Source: a virus (taxonomy: Duplodnaviria > Caudoviricetes). Taken from it: a stretch of 27,434 nucleotides of DNA. Positions within the stretch are counted from its first letter, which is position 1. Each line of letters starts with the position of its first letter. A program made the translations under genes and the position numbers. Below the pieces are notes generated by a model that saw nothing but the letters and a program-made list of their open reading frames with translations, made no database searches and was not told the DNA's origin. Below are positions 8,596-17,679 of this stretch, piece after piece. The stretch covers positions 1 to 27,434 of the IMG/VR virus record IMGVR_UViG_3300025066_000127. One strand, given 5' to 3'.

Positions 8596-9371
8596 TGAGA
8601 GATTATTTAAAAGAATTTAGTGGTGATGTCATAGGTGATTTTTTAGTTGAGAATGATATTAGTGATATTTTAAAAGAAGGAACTGCAGGTAGAAATGCAC
8701 CTACTGATGATGGACCACCTACATTCTACAAAACTTTAACAGACTATAAACAAGAATCTAAGGGTTGGGTAGAATCATTACAAAATGAATTAGGATGGAA
8801 AGTAGTTCAGTATATTTTGGGTAAAGGAGCAATGGATCCAGAAGAAGATTATACAATGTCATATAGAGCAGTAAATCCTATATCTTATGGTAAGATAAAA
8901 CCCTATAAGAAGGCTTTACGAGATGTAATGGATAATTTAGGTTGGACTGTAATTAAATGGATGGGAGTTGATAAAGACCAACAAATGGCCGGGGCACCAA
9001 TTCCTTCAGGTATTGATGCAGATGGTAGAATAGGGGATGAAACACGAAATACTTCAATGCAAGAAAAGGGTTTAACTGTTGATGGTGAAGATAAACCAAA
9101 TCCAAAATTTAGTGGTAAGAAGAAACGACCAAGACTTCATGTTGAAAAATATGAACCATTAACAAAAGATTGGTGGAGTGATGAACTTAGAGAATTGATT
9201 ACAGAGGGTGGAGCATACGGACATATGGCACATCCTTTTGATGATAAAGATTTGACATTTAAAGATTTAAAAAATATCATAGAAATGGGATTGGGTGGAG
9301 AGTTAAATCGTGAAGATAATGTAACGGAAAAACTTGATGGACAAAACCTTATGATAAGTTGGAAAGTATAG
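8595..9371 (+). CDS. Modular protein ending in the N-terminal (motif I, EKLDGQN) fragment of an RNA-ligase-like domain
   Basis: ITE|GGAYGHMAHPFD...VTEKLDGQNLMISWKV-stop; KxDG adenylation motif at 9330-9341. Confidence 0.7.
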   Translation: MRDYLKEFSGDVIGDFLVENDISDILKEGTAGRNAPTDDGPPTFYKTLTDYKQESKGWVESLQNELGWKVVQYILGKGAMDPEEDYTMSYRAVNPISYGKIKPYKKALRDVMDNLGWTVIKWMGVDKDQQMAGAPIPSGIDADGRIGDETRNTSMQEKGLTVDGEDKPNPKFSGKKKRPRLHVEKYEPLTKDWWSDELRELITEGGAYGHMAHPFDDKDLTFKDLKNIIEMGLGGELNREDNVTEKLDGQNLMISWKV

Positions 9372-10051
9372 TGAATATATTAGAACAGAAATTATGGAAT
9401 TTAATTAATGAAGCTTCCCCAACAGGTACTAATAGTGGTTTAGGTATAATTACAGGTGATGCCTGGCCAGATGGATTATACACCAAACGAGGTGAAAGAC
9501 GATATGTAGGACCTGCAAGTTTGACTCGTGGAATGCAACAAGTTGATTTTCCAGCAGCAGATAATATTTATGGTGGACCAGACAGTTTAAATAATGAAAG
9601 ACGGGCAAAAAGAGATGCAGGAAAACTTTATAAATATTTAAGTGATCCCGATGGTAATTCAGAAGTTAAAGCAAATGAGTTAAGAGATGATACACCACCA
9701 TTATCACCAAAACAGAGAATGTATGGAATACATGGTTTTCATAGAAAACAAGAATATACTATTCCACCAGAATCAGCAAATTTTTGGTCAACGTCAGAAA
9801 CTTTAATAAAACCTACTACACCACCTGAAGGAAGTGAAAGTGGTGGAATACCAGCAACACCCGAACCGGGATCTCAGAAAATGGGAAGTTCAAGTGGATA
9901 TAGACAAGTAAATCCAAGTGGTCAAAAAGTTTTTGCAAGTAATAAAAAATTATGGAATCAATGGAAAGACCACAGAATAATGGGTAAGGTTAAAGGTAGA
10001 GAATGGAAAGGTAACAAGTTAGTTGATTTACTACCAAAAGGAGTTAAATAA
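9371..10051 (+). CDS. Pro/Gly/Ser-rich hypothetical protein (MNILEQKLWNLINE leader)
   Basis: GTG start overlapping the upstream TAG; QQVDFPAADNIY motif shared with ORF 843. Confidence 0.72.
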   Translation: MNILEQKLWNLINEASPTGTNSGLGIITGDAWPDGLYTKRGERRYVGPASLTRGMQQVDFPAADNIYGGPDSLNNERRAKRDAGKLYKYLSDPDGNSEVKANELRDDTPPLSPKQRMYGIHGFHRKQEYTIPPESANFWSTSETLIKPTTPPEGSESGGIPATPEPGSQKMGSSSGYRQVNPSGQKVFASNKKLWNQWKDHRIMGKVKGREWKGNKLVDLLPKGVK

Positions 10052-10362
10052 TGGCAATTACAATAGACGTTAAAAAAGGTGATACTATACTTGTAGGAAA
10101 ATTTAAAAACAAGAAAATGGTAATAAAAGATATAGGTGTAGATAAACACGGAATGCCGACTATAAATGGAAGAAAGGCTACTACATTTAGAATACACAAA
10201 AAAGTCAATATTTTTGATAAAGGTTTTGATGAAAAAATTGATAGGGATGCGGAAGGATATGGAAAATATGATGATACTGATGATAGTGATTTTGATGAAC
10301 CTTCAAAAACTAAACAGTTAGAGAGTAAGTCTACTTATAAAAAAATAATGGAGATGAAATAA
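10051..10362 (+). CDS. Small beta-barrel (KOW/SH3-like) protein with acidic tail
   Basis: VKKGDTILVGKFK pattern; AGGAG SD. Confidence 0.55.
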   Translation: MAITIDVKKGDTILVGKFKNKKMVIKDIGVDKHGMPTINGRKATTFRIHKKVNIFDKGFDEKIDRDAEGYGKYDDTDDSDFDEPSKTKQLESKSTYKKIMEMK

Positions 10363-10676
10363 TGGAGTGGTTAAAGAAGTTAGTAGTTGCAATTTTAGGA
10401 CTTTTTGGTTTAAGTACACTTTTAAGTGCTAATAAATCAAAAGAAGTAAAGGAATTAGGGAAGGTAATCAAAGAAAATAAGAAAAAAACAAAAGAAGTAG
10501 TTAAAAAAATAGAAAAATTACAAGAACATAAAAATAAAAATAAAAAAGAAATAACAAATTTAAAAAGAAAATTGACCAGAACAAAAAATGAGGTCAAAAA
10601 GATGGAAACGGCCTATGAAAATGATGAAGTAGAAGATGCAGCAGATTTTTTAAGGAAGTTTTCAAAGAGTAAATAA
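10362..10676 (+). CDS. N-terminally anchored coiled-coil membrane protein (i-spanin-like candidate)
   Basis: LVVAILGLFGLSTLLSA TM then a Lys-rich coiled coil. Confidence 0.5.
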   Translation: MEWLKKLVVAILGLFGLSTLLSANKSKEVKELGKVIKENKKKTKEVVKKIEKLQEHKNKNKKEITNLKRKLTRTKNEVKKMETAYENDEVEDAADFLRKFSKSK

Positions 10677-10706
10677 TTATATATATGTATATAAGGAGAA
10701 AATAAA

Positions 10707-10979
10707 ATGGCTATTGGAGATAGAACACCACCTGCAGTAAGAGGTAACCTTGGTAAATATAATAATGTTCACCTTGTTGGTAATAGTACAACCTTTTTTG
10801 CAACAGGTTCAAATGAAGCCGCTGCATTCGTAGTAGCTGGAACTAGATCACAGATTACATTAACATTTTCGGGTGGAGGAACATCCGCTGGTGATGTTTT
10901 TGATGCTGGTGTCGTTCATGAAATTGGAGTTCAAAAAGCTGTAACTGGTGCCGGAAGCACAGTTTATCTACTTAGATAA
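10707..10979 (+). CDS. Small Gly/Ala/Thr-rich beta protein, probable virion structural protein
   Basis: Strong AAGGAG SD; ATATGTATA promoter-like variant at 10683-10691; composition. Confidence 0.55.
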   Translation: MAIGDRTPPAVRGNLGKYNNVHLVGNSTTFFATGSNEAAAFVVAGTRSQITLTFSGGGTSAGDVFDAGVVHEIGVQKAVTGAGSTVYLLR

Positions 10980-10982
10980 GGA

Positions 10983-11387
10983 GTGAATATGAAATATCTT
11001 TGGATATTATTGATATCCATCCCACTATTCGGACAGACAACATTTACACAAGAAGAAGCGCTGGAAATGATTAAACAACGAGATGCTCAATGGGAAGGTA
11101 AAATTGAAAAGGCTGATTTGTTGATAGCATCACAGAAAGTGGTAATCACAGACCAAGAAAAATTAATTAATGAGTTAGAATCACAGTCCAATCTTGATTC
11201 TTTAATAATAGTGGCAAAGGGTAAACAAATAGAATCTTTGAAGGCACAAAATGTGGCCAATGAAAAAATGGCAAAGTTAGCAAAACCAAGTTGGTATGAA
11301 AATAAGTGGCTATATTTTGGATATGGAGCGGCCGCAATAATTATTCCAACTTATTTTGGAATTCAAATAGCGGACTTAGCAAAATAA
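10983..11387 (+). CDS. Signal peptide + coiled coil + C-terminal TM protein (lysis accessory/spanin-like candidate)
   Basis: MKYLWILLISIPLFG signal, coiled coil, PSWYENKWLYFGYGAAAIIIP; the start may be ATG 10989. Confidence 0.5.
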   Translation: MNMKYLWILLISIPLFGQTTFTQEEALEMIKQRDAQWEGKIEKADLLIASQKVVITDQEKLINELESQSNLDSLIIVAKGKQIESLKAQNVANEKMAKLAKPSWYENKWLYFGYGAAAIIIPTYFGIQIADLAK

Positions 11388-12955
11388 TGAGTGACATAAA
11401 AGCAGTCATCAAAGCAGAATATCTAAAATGTGCACAGGACCCTGTGTATTTTCTAAAGAAGTATGCTGTTATACAACATCCAATACAGGGTAAAATTCCA
11501 TTTGCATTATATAAATTTCAAGAAAGTACAATATATGATTTTGAAAAACACAATTACAATGTTATTCTGAAAGCCCGTCAGTTAGGTATATCCACACTTA
11601 CCGCTGGATACGCATTATGGATGATGACTTTTCAGAGTGATAAGAACATATTGGTTATTGCAACTAAACAAGATACCGCTAAAAACTTGGTTACGAAAAT
11701 CCGAGTTATGCACGCAAACTTACCAAGTTGGGTTAAGTCAAAGTGTGTTGAGGACAACAAATTATCATTACGATACTCAAATGGTTCACAAGTAAAGGCG
11801 ATATCAAGTACTGAGGACGCAGGTCGTTCAGAGGCTCTGTCATTATTGATACTTGATGAGGCAGCATTCATTGACAAGATTGATACAATATGGACTGCTG
11901 CACAAAGTACTCTATCAACTGGTGGACAATGTATAGCACTTTCAACACCAAATGGTATAGGTAATTGGTTTCACAAAACTTGGGTAGGAGCTGAAGAAGG
12001 TGATAATGATTGGAATTTTATTAAATTACATTGGACTTTACATCCAGACAGAGAACAAGAATGGAGAGATGAACAAGATAAGTTGTTAGGTCCTTCAATG
12101 GCAGCACAAGAATGTGATTGTGACTTCATCACTTCAGGTCAAACTGTAATTGATGGTGTTATTTTAGAAGAATATAGAAATACACAAATTGAAGATCCAG
12201 TTGAAAAGAGGGGAATGGATAGTAATTTATGGATTTGGAGACAACCTGATTATACTAAGAATTATGTAGTTGCTGCTGACGTTGCTCGTGGTGATGCATC
12301 AGACTTTTCTGCATTTCATGTAATAGAAATAGAGAGTATGGAACAAGTAGCAGAATATAAGGGAAAAATACCTACCAAAGATTTTGGTAATTTATGTATG
12401 AACACTGCTGTGGAGTATAACAACGCATTACTTGTGATTGAGAACTCAAGTATTGGTTGGGCTACTATACAACAAGTTATTGATAGAGAGTATGATAACC
12501 TATTTTATACAAGTAAAGATTTACAGTTTGTAGATGTCGCAAGACAAATAACAAACAGATACAGACAAAAAGATAGACAAATGATTCCTGGTTTTAGTAT
12601 GACAACTAAAACAAGACCATTAGTGATAGCAAAATTAGAAGAATATTTTAGAGAAAAATCAGTTATCGTTCATTCTGATAGACTGATTGATGAATTATTT
12701 GTGTTTATATGGCACAACAACAAAGCCCAGGCAATGGAAGGATACAATGATGACCTTCCAATGAGTTTGGCGATAGGATTGTGGGTAAGAGATACTGCAC
12801 TTAGGTTGAATGCAGAGGGAATTGCCCTACAAAAAACAGTCCTAAATAAAATGTTAGATTATGAACCAGTTTACACTCCCCAAGAAGAAGCAGCCGAAGG
12901 TTGGGATTGGGAAGTACAAGGTGAAAGAGAAGATCTAACTTGGTTAATAAAATAA
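11387..12955 (+). CDS. terL: Terminase large subunit (T4 gp17-like)
   Basis: KARQLGIST (Walker A), LLILDEAAF (Walker B), LSTPNG, ADVARG nuclease motif, GYNDDLPM; start at TAATG overlap 11387. Confidence 0.96.
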   Translation: MSDIKAVIKAEYLKCAQDPVYFLKKYAVIQHPIQGKIPFALYKFQESTIYDFEKHNYNVILKARQLGISTLTAGYALWMMTFQSDKNILVIATKQDTAKNLVTKIRVMHANLPSWVKSKCVEDNKLSLRYSNGSQVKAISSTEDAGRSEALSLLILDEAAFIDKIDTIWTAAQSTLSTGGQCIALSTPNGIGNWFHKTWVGAEEGDNDWNFIKLHWTLHPDREQEWRDEQDKLLGPSMAAQECDCDFITSGQTVIDGVILEEYRNTQIEDPVEKRGMDSNLWIWRQPDYTKNYVVAADVARGDASDFSAFHVIEIESMEQVAEYKGKIPTKDFGNLCMNTAVEYNNALLVIENSSIGWATIQQVIDREYDNLFYTSKDLQFVDVARQITNRYRQKDRQMIPGFSMTTKTRPLVIAKLEEYFREKSVIVHSDRLIDELFVFIWHNNKAQAMEGYNDDLPMSLAIGLWVRDTALRLNAEGIALQKTVLNKMLDYEPVYTPQEEAAEGWDWEVQGEREDLTWLIK

Positions 12956-12967
12956 TAAGAGGATAAA

Positions 12968-14833
12968 ATGGCACAAACAAATTTAAGAGCTAGACTACAA
13001 CGATTATTTTCCACGAATGTCATTGTAAGACATGCAGGTGGTAGAAAGTTAAAAATTGCCGATACGGATAGAGTTCAAAGTGCACAGAGAAATAGTCTTG
13101 TAGATAGATGGTCAAGATTACATACTAATATGACGACTGGTGGATATGGACATTCACAGGCGATTAGTTTTCAGGCACAACGATTGGCTCTATTTAGAGA
13201 TTATGAAGAAATGGATAATGATGCAATTATTTCAAGTGCACTTGATGTTTATTCAGACGAATCCACAATGAAAAATGAATATGGTAAGATATTAGAAATC
13301 AATTCAGAAAATGAAAATATTCATGATATTCTACATAATCTTTTTTATGACATATTGAATATAGAATTCAATTTATGGCCGTGGGTTCGTAACCTATGTA
13401 AATATGGAGATTTTTATCTCTATTTAGACATCAAAGAAAAGTATGGTATTACAAATGTAGTTCCACTTTCAGCATATGATGTTACTCGTATTGAAGGTGA
13501 AGATCCAGAGAATCCATATATGGTTCAGTTTATGGTTGAAGAAGGTGATACAAGACATTCAGGTCGTATGGCAGGAAATAAAGAATTAGAAAACTATGAA
13601 GTAGCACATTTCAGATTACTTTCAGATGCAAATTTCATACCATATGGAAAGGGTATGATTGAAGGAGCCCGTAAGATTTGGAAACAATTAAGTCTTATGG
13701 AAGATGCTATGTTAATACATCGTATAATGAGAGCACCTGAAAAGAGAGTGTTCAAGATTGATATTGGTAACATTCCACCTGCAGAAGTTGAAAACTTTAT
13801 GCAAAAGATTATAAATAAGATGAAAAAGGCTCCTGTTATGGATGAAAATACGGGCGATTACAATTTAAAATATAATATACAAAATCTCACAGAGGATTTC
13901 TTCTTACCAGTTCGTGGTGGAGATAGTGGAACTCAAATTGATAGTCTCGCAGGATTAACATACGAAGCAGTAGAAGATATTGAGTATCTAAGAAATAAGT
14001 TAATGGCAGCATTAAAAATACCAAAGGCATTTCTTGGATACGATGAGGCAGTTGGTAGTAAGGCAACTTTAGCGGCAGAAGATGTTAGATTTGCACGAAC
14101 AATCGAAAGAATACAGAGAATTGTTACGAGTGAATTAACAAAGATTGCTATTGTTCATTTATACGCACAAGGATATACAGATGCAGACCTTGTTAATTTT
14201 GAATTAGATTTAAAGAATCCATCTACAATATATGAAGAAGAAAAGATTGAGTTGTGGAACAATAAACAAAGTCTTGCTTCAAGTCTTATGGACGCTAAAA
14301 TAACAGATACGGAGTGGATTTATGATAATGTATTTAAGTTTACAGAAGAAGAGAAAAAAGAGGTTAGACTTGGACTAATTAAAGACCAAAAACGGAAGTT
14401 TAGGTGGTCTCAGATTGAAATGGAAGGTAATGACCCAGTTCAAAGTGAAGAAGCAGTCGGAACACAAGGAGCGATGGCAGATGGTGGAGGTGGAGAAGCA
14501 CCTCCAGGTGGAGCACCTCCTGGAATGGGAAGAACAAGTCGAGAATTAGAAATGGATATGCCAGAAGATGGCTGGCCGGGAAGTGGTCGTCCAAAAGAAG
14601 GACCTAAACACGGAAAAGACTCAAGTATAAGGGGTCGAGATCCACTTGGTAGTCATGATAAACGAAAAGGTGGTAGTGGTAGTCCAAAATATGGAATTGC
14701 ATTAGCACATTATGACGCATTAAAGAAAAGTTTAGGAAAAGTAAGTCGAGCAGAACAAAAAATACTTGTTGAGACGACTGATGTAGAAGAAGAATATAAA
14801 AATGAGGTATCTTCATCTTTAAGTGATACTTAA
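12968..14833 (+). CDS. Portal vertex protein (T4 gp20-like)
   Basis: KQLSLMEDAMLIHRIMRAPEKRVFKIDIGNIP, EDFFLPVRGG, DIEYLRNKLMAALKIPK; follows terminase. Confidence 0.95.
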   Translation: MAQTNLRARLQRLFSTNVIVRHAGGRKLKIADTDRVQSAQRNSLVDRWSRLHTNMTTGGYGHSQAISFQAQRLALFRDYEEMDNDAIISSALDVYSDESTMKNEYGKILEINSENENIHDILHNLFYDILNIEFNLWPWVRNLCKYGDFYLYLDIKEKYGITNVVPLSAYDVTRIEGEDPENPYMVQFMVEEGDTRHSGRMAGNKELENYEVAHFRLLSDANFIPYGKGMIEGARKIWKQLSLMEDAMLIHRIMRAPEKRVFKIDIGNIPPAEVENFMQKIINKMKKAPVMDENTGDYNLKYNIQNLTEDFFLPVRGGDSGTQIDSLAGLTYEAVEDIEYLRNKLMAALKIPKAFLGYDEAVGSKATLAAEDVRFARTIERIQRIVTSELTKIAIVHLYAQGYTDADLVNFELDLKNPSTIYEEEKIELWNNKQSLASSLMDAKITDTEWIYDNVFKFTEEEKKEVRLGLIKDQKRKFRWSQIEMEGNDPVQSEEAVGTQGAMADGGGGEAPPGGAPPGMGRTSRELEMDMPEDGWPGSGRPKEGPKHGKDSSIRGRDPLGSHDKRKGGSGSPKYGIALAHYDALKKSLGKVSRAEQKILVETTDVEEEYKNEVSSSLSDT

Positions 14834-14856
14834 ACGATGAATTATTAGAAGTTTTT

Positions 14857-14865
14857 ATATTTATA
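14857..14865 (+). promoter_or_regulatory. Candidate late promoter ATATTTATA
   Basis: Intergenic, 34 nt before ATG 14900. Confidence 0.55.
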
Positions 14866-14899
14866 GATGAAGAAATATACTTATTTAGGAGCATAGATT

Positions 14900-15766
14900 A
14901 TGGCCCAGCGTGTAAAACACTCGAAAATAAAGAATACGGGAATTCTTTTTGAATTATTGTCCCGTCAGATCACAGTTGATGTGATGAATGGTGATGATAA
15001 AAGTAAATCTGTAGAGGTGTTAAAAAAATACTTTAATGAAAAGACAGAACTTGGTAAAGAAAATCAACTATATCAAGTTTTGTTAAAAGAAAATTATAAT
15101 TCGTCTCGTAAGGCAGAAAAATTGGTCGATGCCGTATTAAGGGCCAGAGAAAAATTACAAAATAAAAAACTTCGTAATGAAAAATATAATCTTATTAAAG
15201 AGATTAAAAAGAATTACGTTGTGGAAGATTTTTTCAGAGCACGAATCCCTAACTATAAAGTATATGCTTCTATTTATAAAACATTTTTATCAGAAACTAC
15301 TCCTGTATTTGATCCAAAAGAAGAAGTAGAAAGTACTTTTTCTATTATAGAACATATTACTCGTAATAAAATTAAATCACGAGGTGCAGACAGTAAAGTA
15401 ATTTCTGAATTCAAGAATGAAGATAAAGATTTAAGATTACTTTCTTATCAATTAATGGTAGATAACTTTAATGGTAAGTATAAGAAGTTAAATTCTATGC
15501 AGAGAAATTTATTGAAAGAATATGTTAATAATATTTCTAATACTAATTCATTAAGAGAATTTATAAATGATGAAGTTAAAAAAGTAAAAGAAATTCTTAA
15601 TAAAATTTTACCACGAGTTAAAGATGATGTTACAAAAATTAAATTAACAGAAGCAATTAAACAAACAGATACTTTATCAAAAGGTAAAATAGTTAAAGAT
15701 AAGCAGGTTGTGTCATTAATGAGGTATTACGAACTCATCAAGGAACTTCACAATGTCACGGGTTAA
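14900..15766 (+). CDS. Helical protein after the portal, probable prohead core component
   Basis: AGGAG SD; lies between portal and protease as T4 core genes do; function inferred from position only. Confidence 0.6.
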   Translation: MAQRVKHSKIKNTGILFELLSRQITVDVMNGDDKSKSVEVLKKYFNEKTELGKENQLYQVLLKENYNSSRKAEKLVDAVLRAREKLQNKKLRNEKYNLIKEIKKNYVVEDFFRARIPNYKVYASIYKTFLSETTPVFDPKEEVESTFSIIEHITRNKIKSRGADSKVISEFKNEDKDLRLLSYQLMVDNFNGKYKKLNSMQRNLLKEYVNNISNTNSLREFINDEVKKVKEILNKILPRVKDDVTKIKLTEAIKQTDTLSKGKIVKDKQVVSLMRYYELIKELHNVTG

Positions 15767-16244
15767 AGAAAATTTAATTCGTAAACTTGTTAGAGAATTA
15801 ATCAAACAAGAATTAGACGAAGCCAATTCTACTTCAAGTGTAGGTGGTAGTTACAATACACCACATGCATTTGGTGGTAGTAACAAAAAGGGTAAAGGTA
15901 AGGGCAAGGCCGGTTACACAGGAGGTCATGATGAACCAACTGATGGAACTGGTCATTTTATTGCAAATGACCCTAAGTTGAGGAAAGAGTCAGTAGTAAA
16001 TGAAGGTAGATATCACGCTTGGAGAAATGATGATAGTTTAAGTCCTAAGCAAAAAATTGGTATAGCCATGAGAGAAACTCGTGATTCTTTAAAAGAATTA
16101 GAACGAGTTGTTAGGTATAATGTTAAATTAAAAAATGAGTTAAAAGTGGATTCACGAGATTATTGGAAGAATACACACAAGGCTCTAAATAAAATTAGTG
16201 AGAGATTAGTTAAATTAGCGAATAAGGTCGGTCAGTTACACTAA
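15753..16244 (+). CDS. Modular hypothetical protein (LIRKLVRELIKQELDE leader; internal VVNE)
   Basis: Class II-like leader; STSSVGGSYNTPHAF motif; C-terminal helical module. Confidence 0.75.
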   Translation: MSRVKENLIRKLVRELIKQELDEANSTSSVGGSYNTPHAFGGSNKKGKGKGKAGYTGGHDEPTDGTGHFIANDPKLRKESVVNEGRYHAWRNDDSLSPKQKIGIAMRETRDSLKELERVVRYNVKLKNELKVDSRDYWKNTHKALNKISERLVKLANKVGQLH

Positions 16245-16252
16245 TATTAAAT

Positions 16253-16441
16253 ATGACCTTCCAAGAGAACAAAAAATCCTATATGGATTCGCTGTTTAGT
16301 ATATCTACACTTTTAAAGAGGTGGCATACCGAGACGCAGCGAAAAGATGTAAATAAAAATTATATGATTAAACATTTAACTATGTGGATTAAGAAGTTAG
16401 AAGAACTTAGACACGAAATAATGATGAGGAAAGATAGATGA
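16253..16441 (+). CDS. Small helical hypothetical protein
   Basis: Fills the gap in the operon; ATGA coupled to the next gene. Confidence 0.65.
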   Translation: MTFQENKKSYMDSLFSISTLLKRWHTETQRKDVNKNYMIKHLTMWIKKLEELRHEIMMRKDR

Positions 16442-16713
16442 AAAAACATATATTAAAAGAGAATTATGATAGACTTTTTGGTAAGAGGGAATTTGGTGAT
16501 CCATTACCTACACTTAAAGGTGTGATGGAAAAATACAAAATAAATGAACAACATGCATTATTTCCTATACGGATTGATATGAAAGTTGATTATACAGATA
16601 ATGAAACCACCGAGGAAAGTTTCGTAGAAGATATTGAAAAGGCCATTCAAGGAGTGATTGATACAAGTGGTGTTAATGTTGAATGGACGGTAAACGATGA
16701 TTCTATGGGTTAA
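16438..16713 (+). CDS. Hypothetical protein with REFGDPLPT motif and acidic C-module
   Basis: MKKHILKE leader; REFGDPLPTLKGVME; KINE boundary. Confidence 0.72.
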   Translation: MKKHILKENYDRLFGKREFGDPLPTLKGVMEKYKINEQHALFPIRIDMKVDYTDNETTEESFVEDIEKAIQGVIDTSGVNVEWTVNDDSMG

Positions 16714-16716
16714 ATA

Positions 16717-17055
16717 ATGATTAAACTTAAAGATTTATTACTCGAAAGGGGACTTTCAGATGAAATGAGAGAATTGAAACTTCATATTGACAATGACGCT
16801 GGTTTATATCGTCAAAGGTATATGCCAATATTGAAGAATTTGTCGAGTAAGAAGAAACAAGGAAAATATCGTAAACCTTTAGCTCAAAAAGCTTTCATGT
16901 ACTTGATAGATGATGGAGCAAAACGATATGTTCGGTCTTATGGTGGAAATCACTTAGATGTATTTCCAAAAAGACAGAGAAAAGATTTAGCAAAAGATTA
17001 TGTTGAAGAATTTGAACAAATTTTTAAAGATCAAGAATTTGATTTTATGAGATAG
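16717..17055 (+). CDS. Hypothetical phage protein with MIKLKDLLLE leader
   Basis: Leader motif; ELKLHIDND..LYRQ...PILKNL helical domain. Confidence 0.75.
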   Translation: MIKLKDLLLERGLSDEMRELKLHIDNDAGLYRQRYMPILKNLSSKKKQGKYRKPLAQKAFMYLIDDGAKRYVRSYGGNHLDVFPKRQRKDLAKDYVEEFEQIFKDQEFDFMR

Positions 17056-17065
17056 GAGTGAAAAT

Positions 17066-17677
17066 ATGGCAAGACAATTAATAGTAGATTATTTACCGTT
17101 TGAAATAACAAGAGAACAAATAAACGAGTCTCTTAAAGAAAATAATGGTCGTTTAATCGTTCATGGAGTATTACAACGGTCAGATGCCAAAAACCAAAAT
17201 GGTAGAGTTTATCCACACGGAATATTACAAAGAGAATCTAACAAATATGCAGAAAATTTTATTAATCAAAAACGAGCAATGGGTGAATTAGACCATCCCG
17301 AAAGTTCTGTAGTTAATTTACAGAACGTATCTCACAATGTAACAGAAATGCATTGGGAAGGTAAGAATTTAATTGGTTCGGTTGAAGTTCTTGGAACTCC
17401 GAGTGGAAATATACTTAGTGAATTATTTAAGGCAGGTATAAAACTTGGTATAAGTTCTCGTGGTTTAGGTTCAGTAGAACCTATGCAAGAGGGTGATGGT
17501 CAAACAGTTCAGAGTGATTTTGAATTGATTGCGTTTGACTTTGTATCCAACCCATCCACACATGGAGCATTTATGCATCCACTAAAAGAAAGTGTTGATA
17601 AACAACTAGAAGGTAGAACTTGTGGAAAATATTGCAAGGTCGAAAGTATCATAAATGATATTATTCGGGGAGAATAA
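17066..17677 (+). CDS. Prohead maturation protease (T4 gp21-like)
   Basis: NQNGRVYP, AMGELDHP, GISSRGLGS, FDFVSNPST. Confidence 0.95.
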   Translation: MARQLIVDYLPFEITREQINESLKENNGRLIVHGVLQRSDAKNQNGRVYPHGILQRESNKYAENFINQKRAMGELDHPESSVVNLQNVSHNVTEMHWEGKNLIGSVEVLGTPSGNILSELFKAGIKLGISSRGLGSVEPMQEGDGQTVQSDFELIAFDFVSNPSTHGAFMHPLKESVDKQLEGRTCGKYCKVESIINDIIRGE

Positions 17678-17679
17678 AT

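Noticed and set aside
11306-11386. N-terminal extensions given in the ORF track (also 43, 1587, 1973, 9359, 20543, 23313)
   Set aside because: Downstream starts have an SD or stop-start coupling and give the conserved leader or family N-terminus.
11387-14833. Intein or intron in terminase or portal
   Set aside because: Lengths and motif spacing are ordinary and no splice-junction motifs were noticed.
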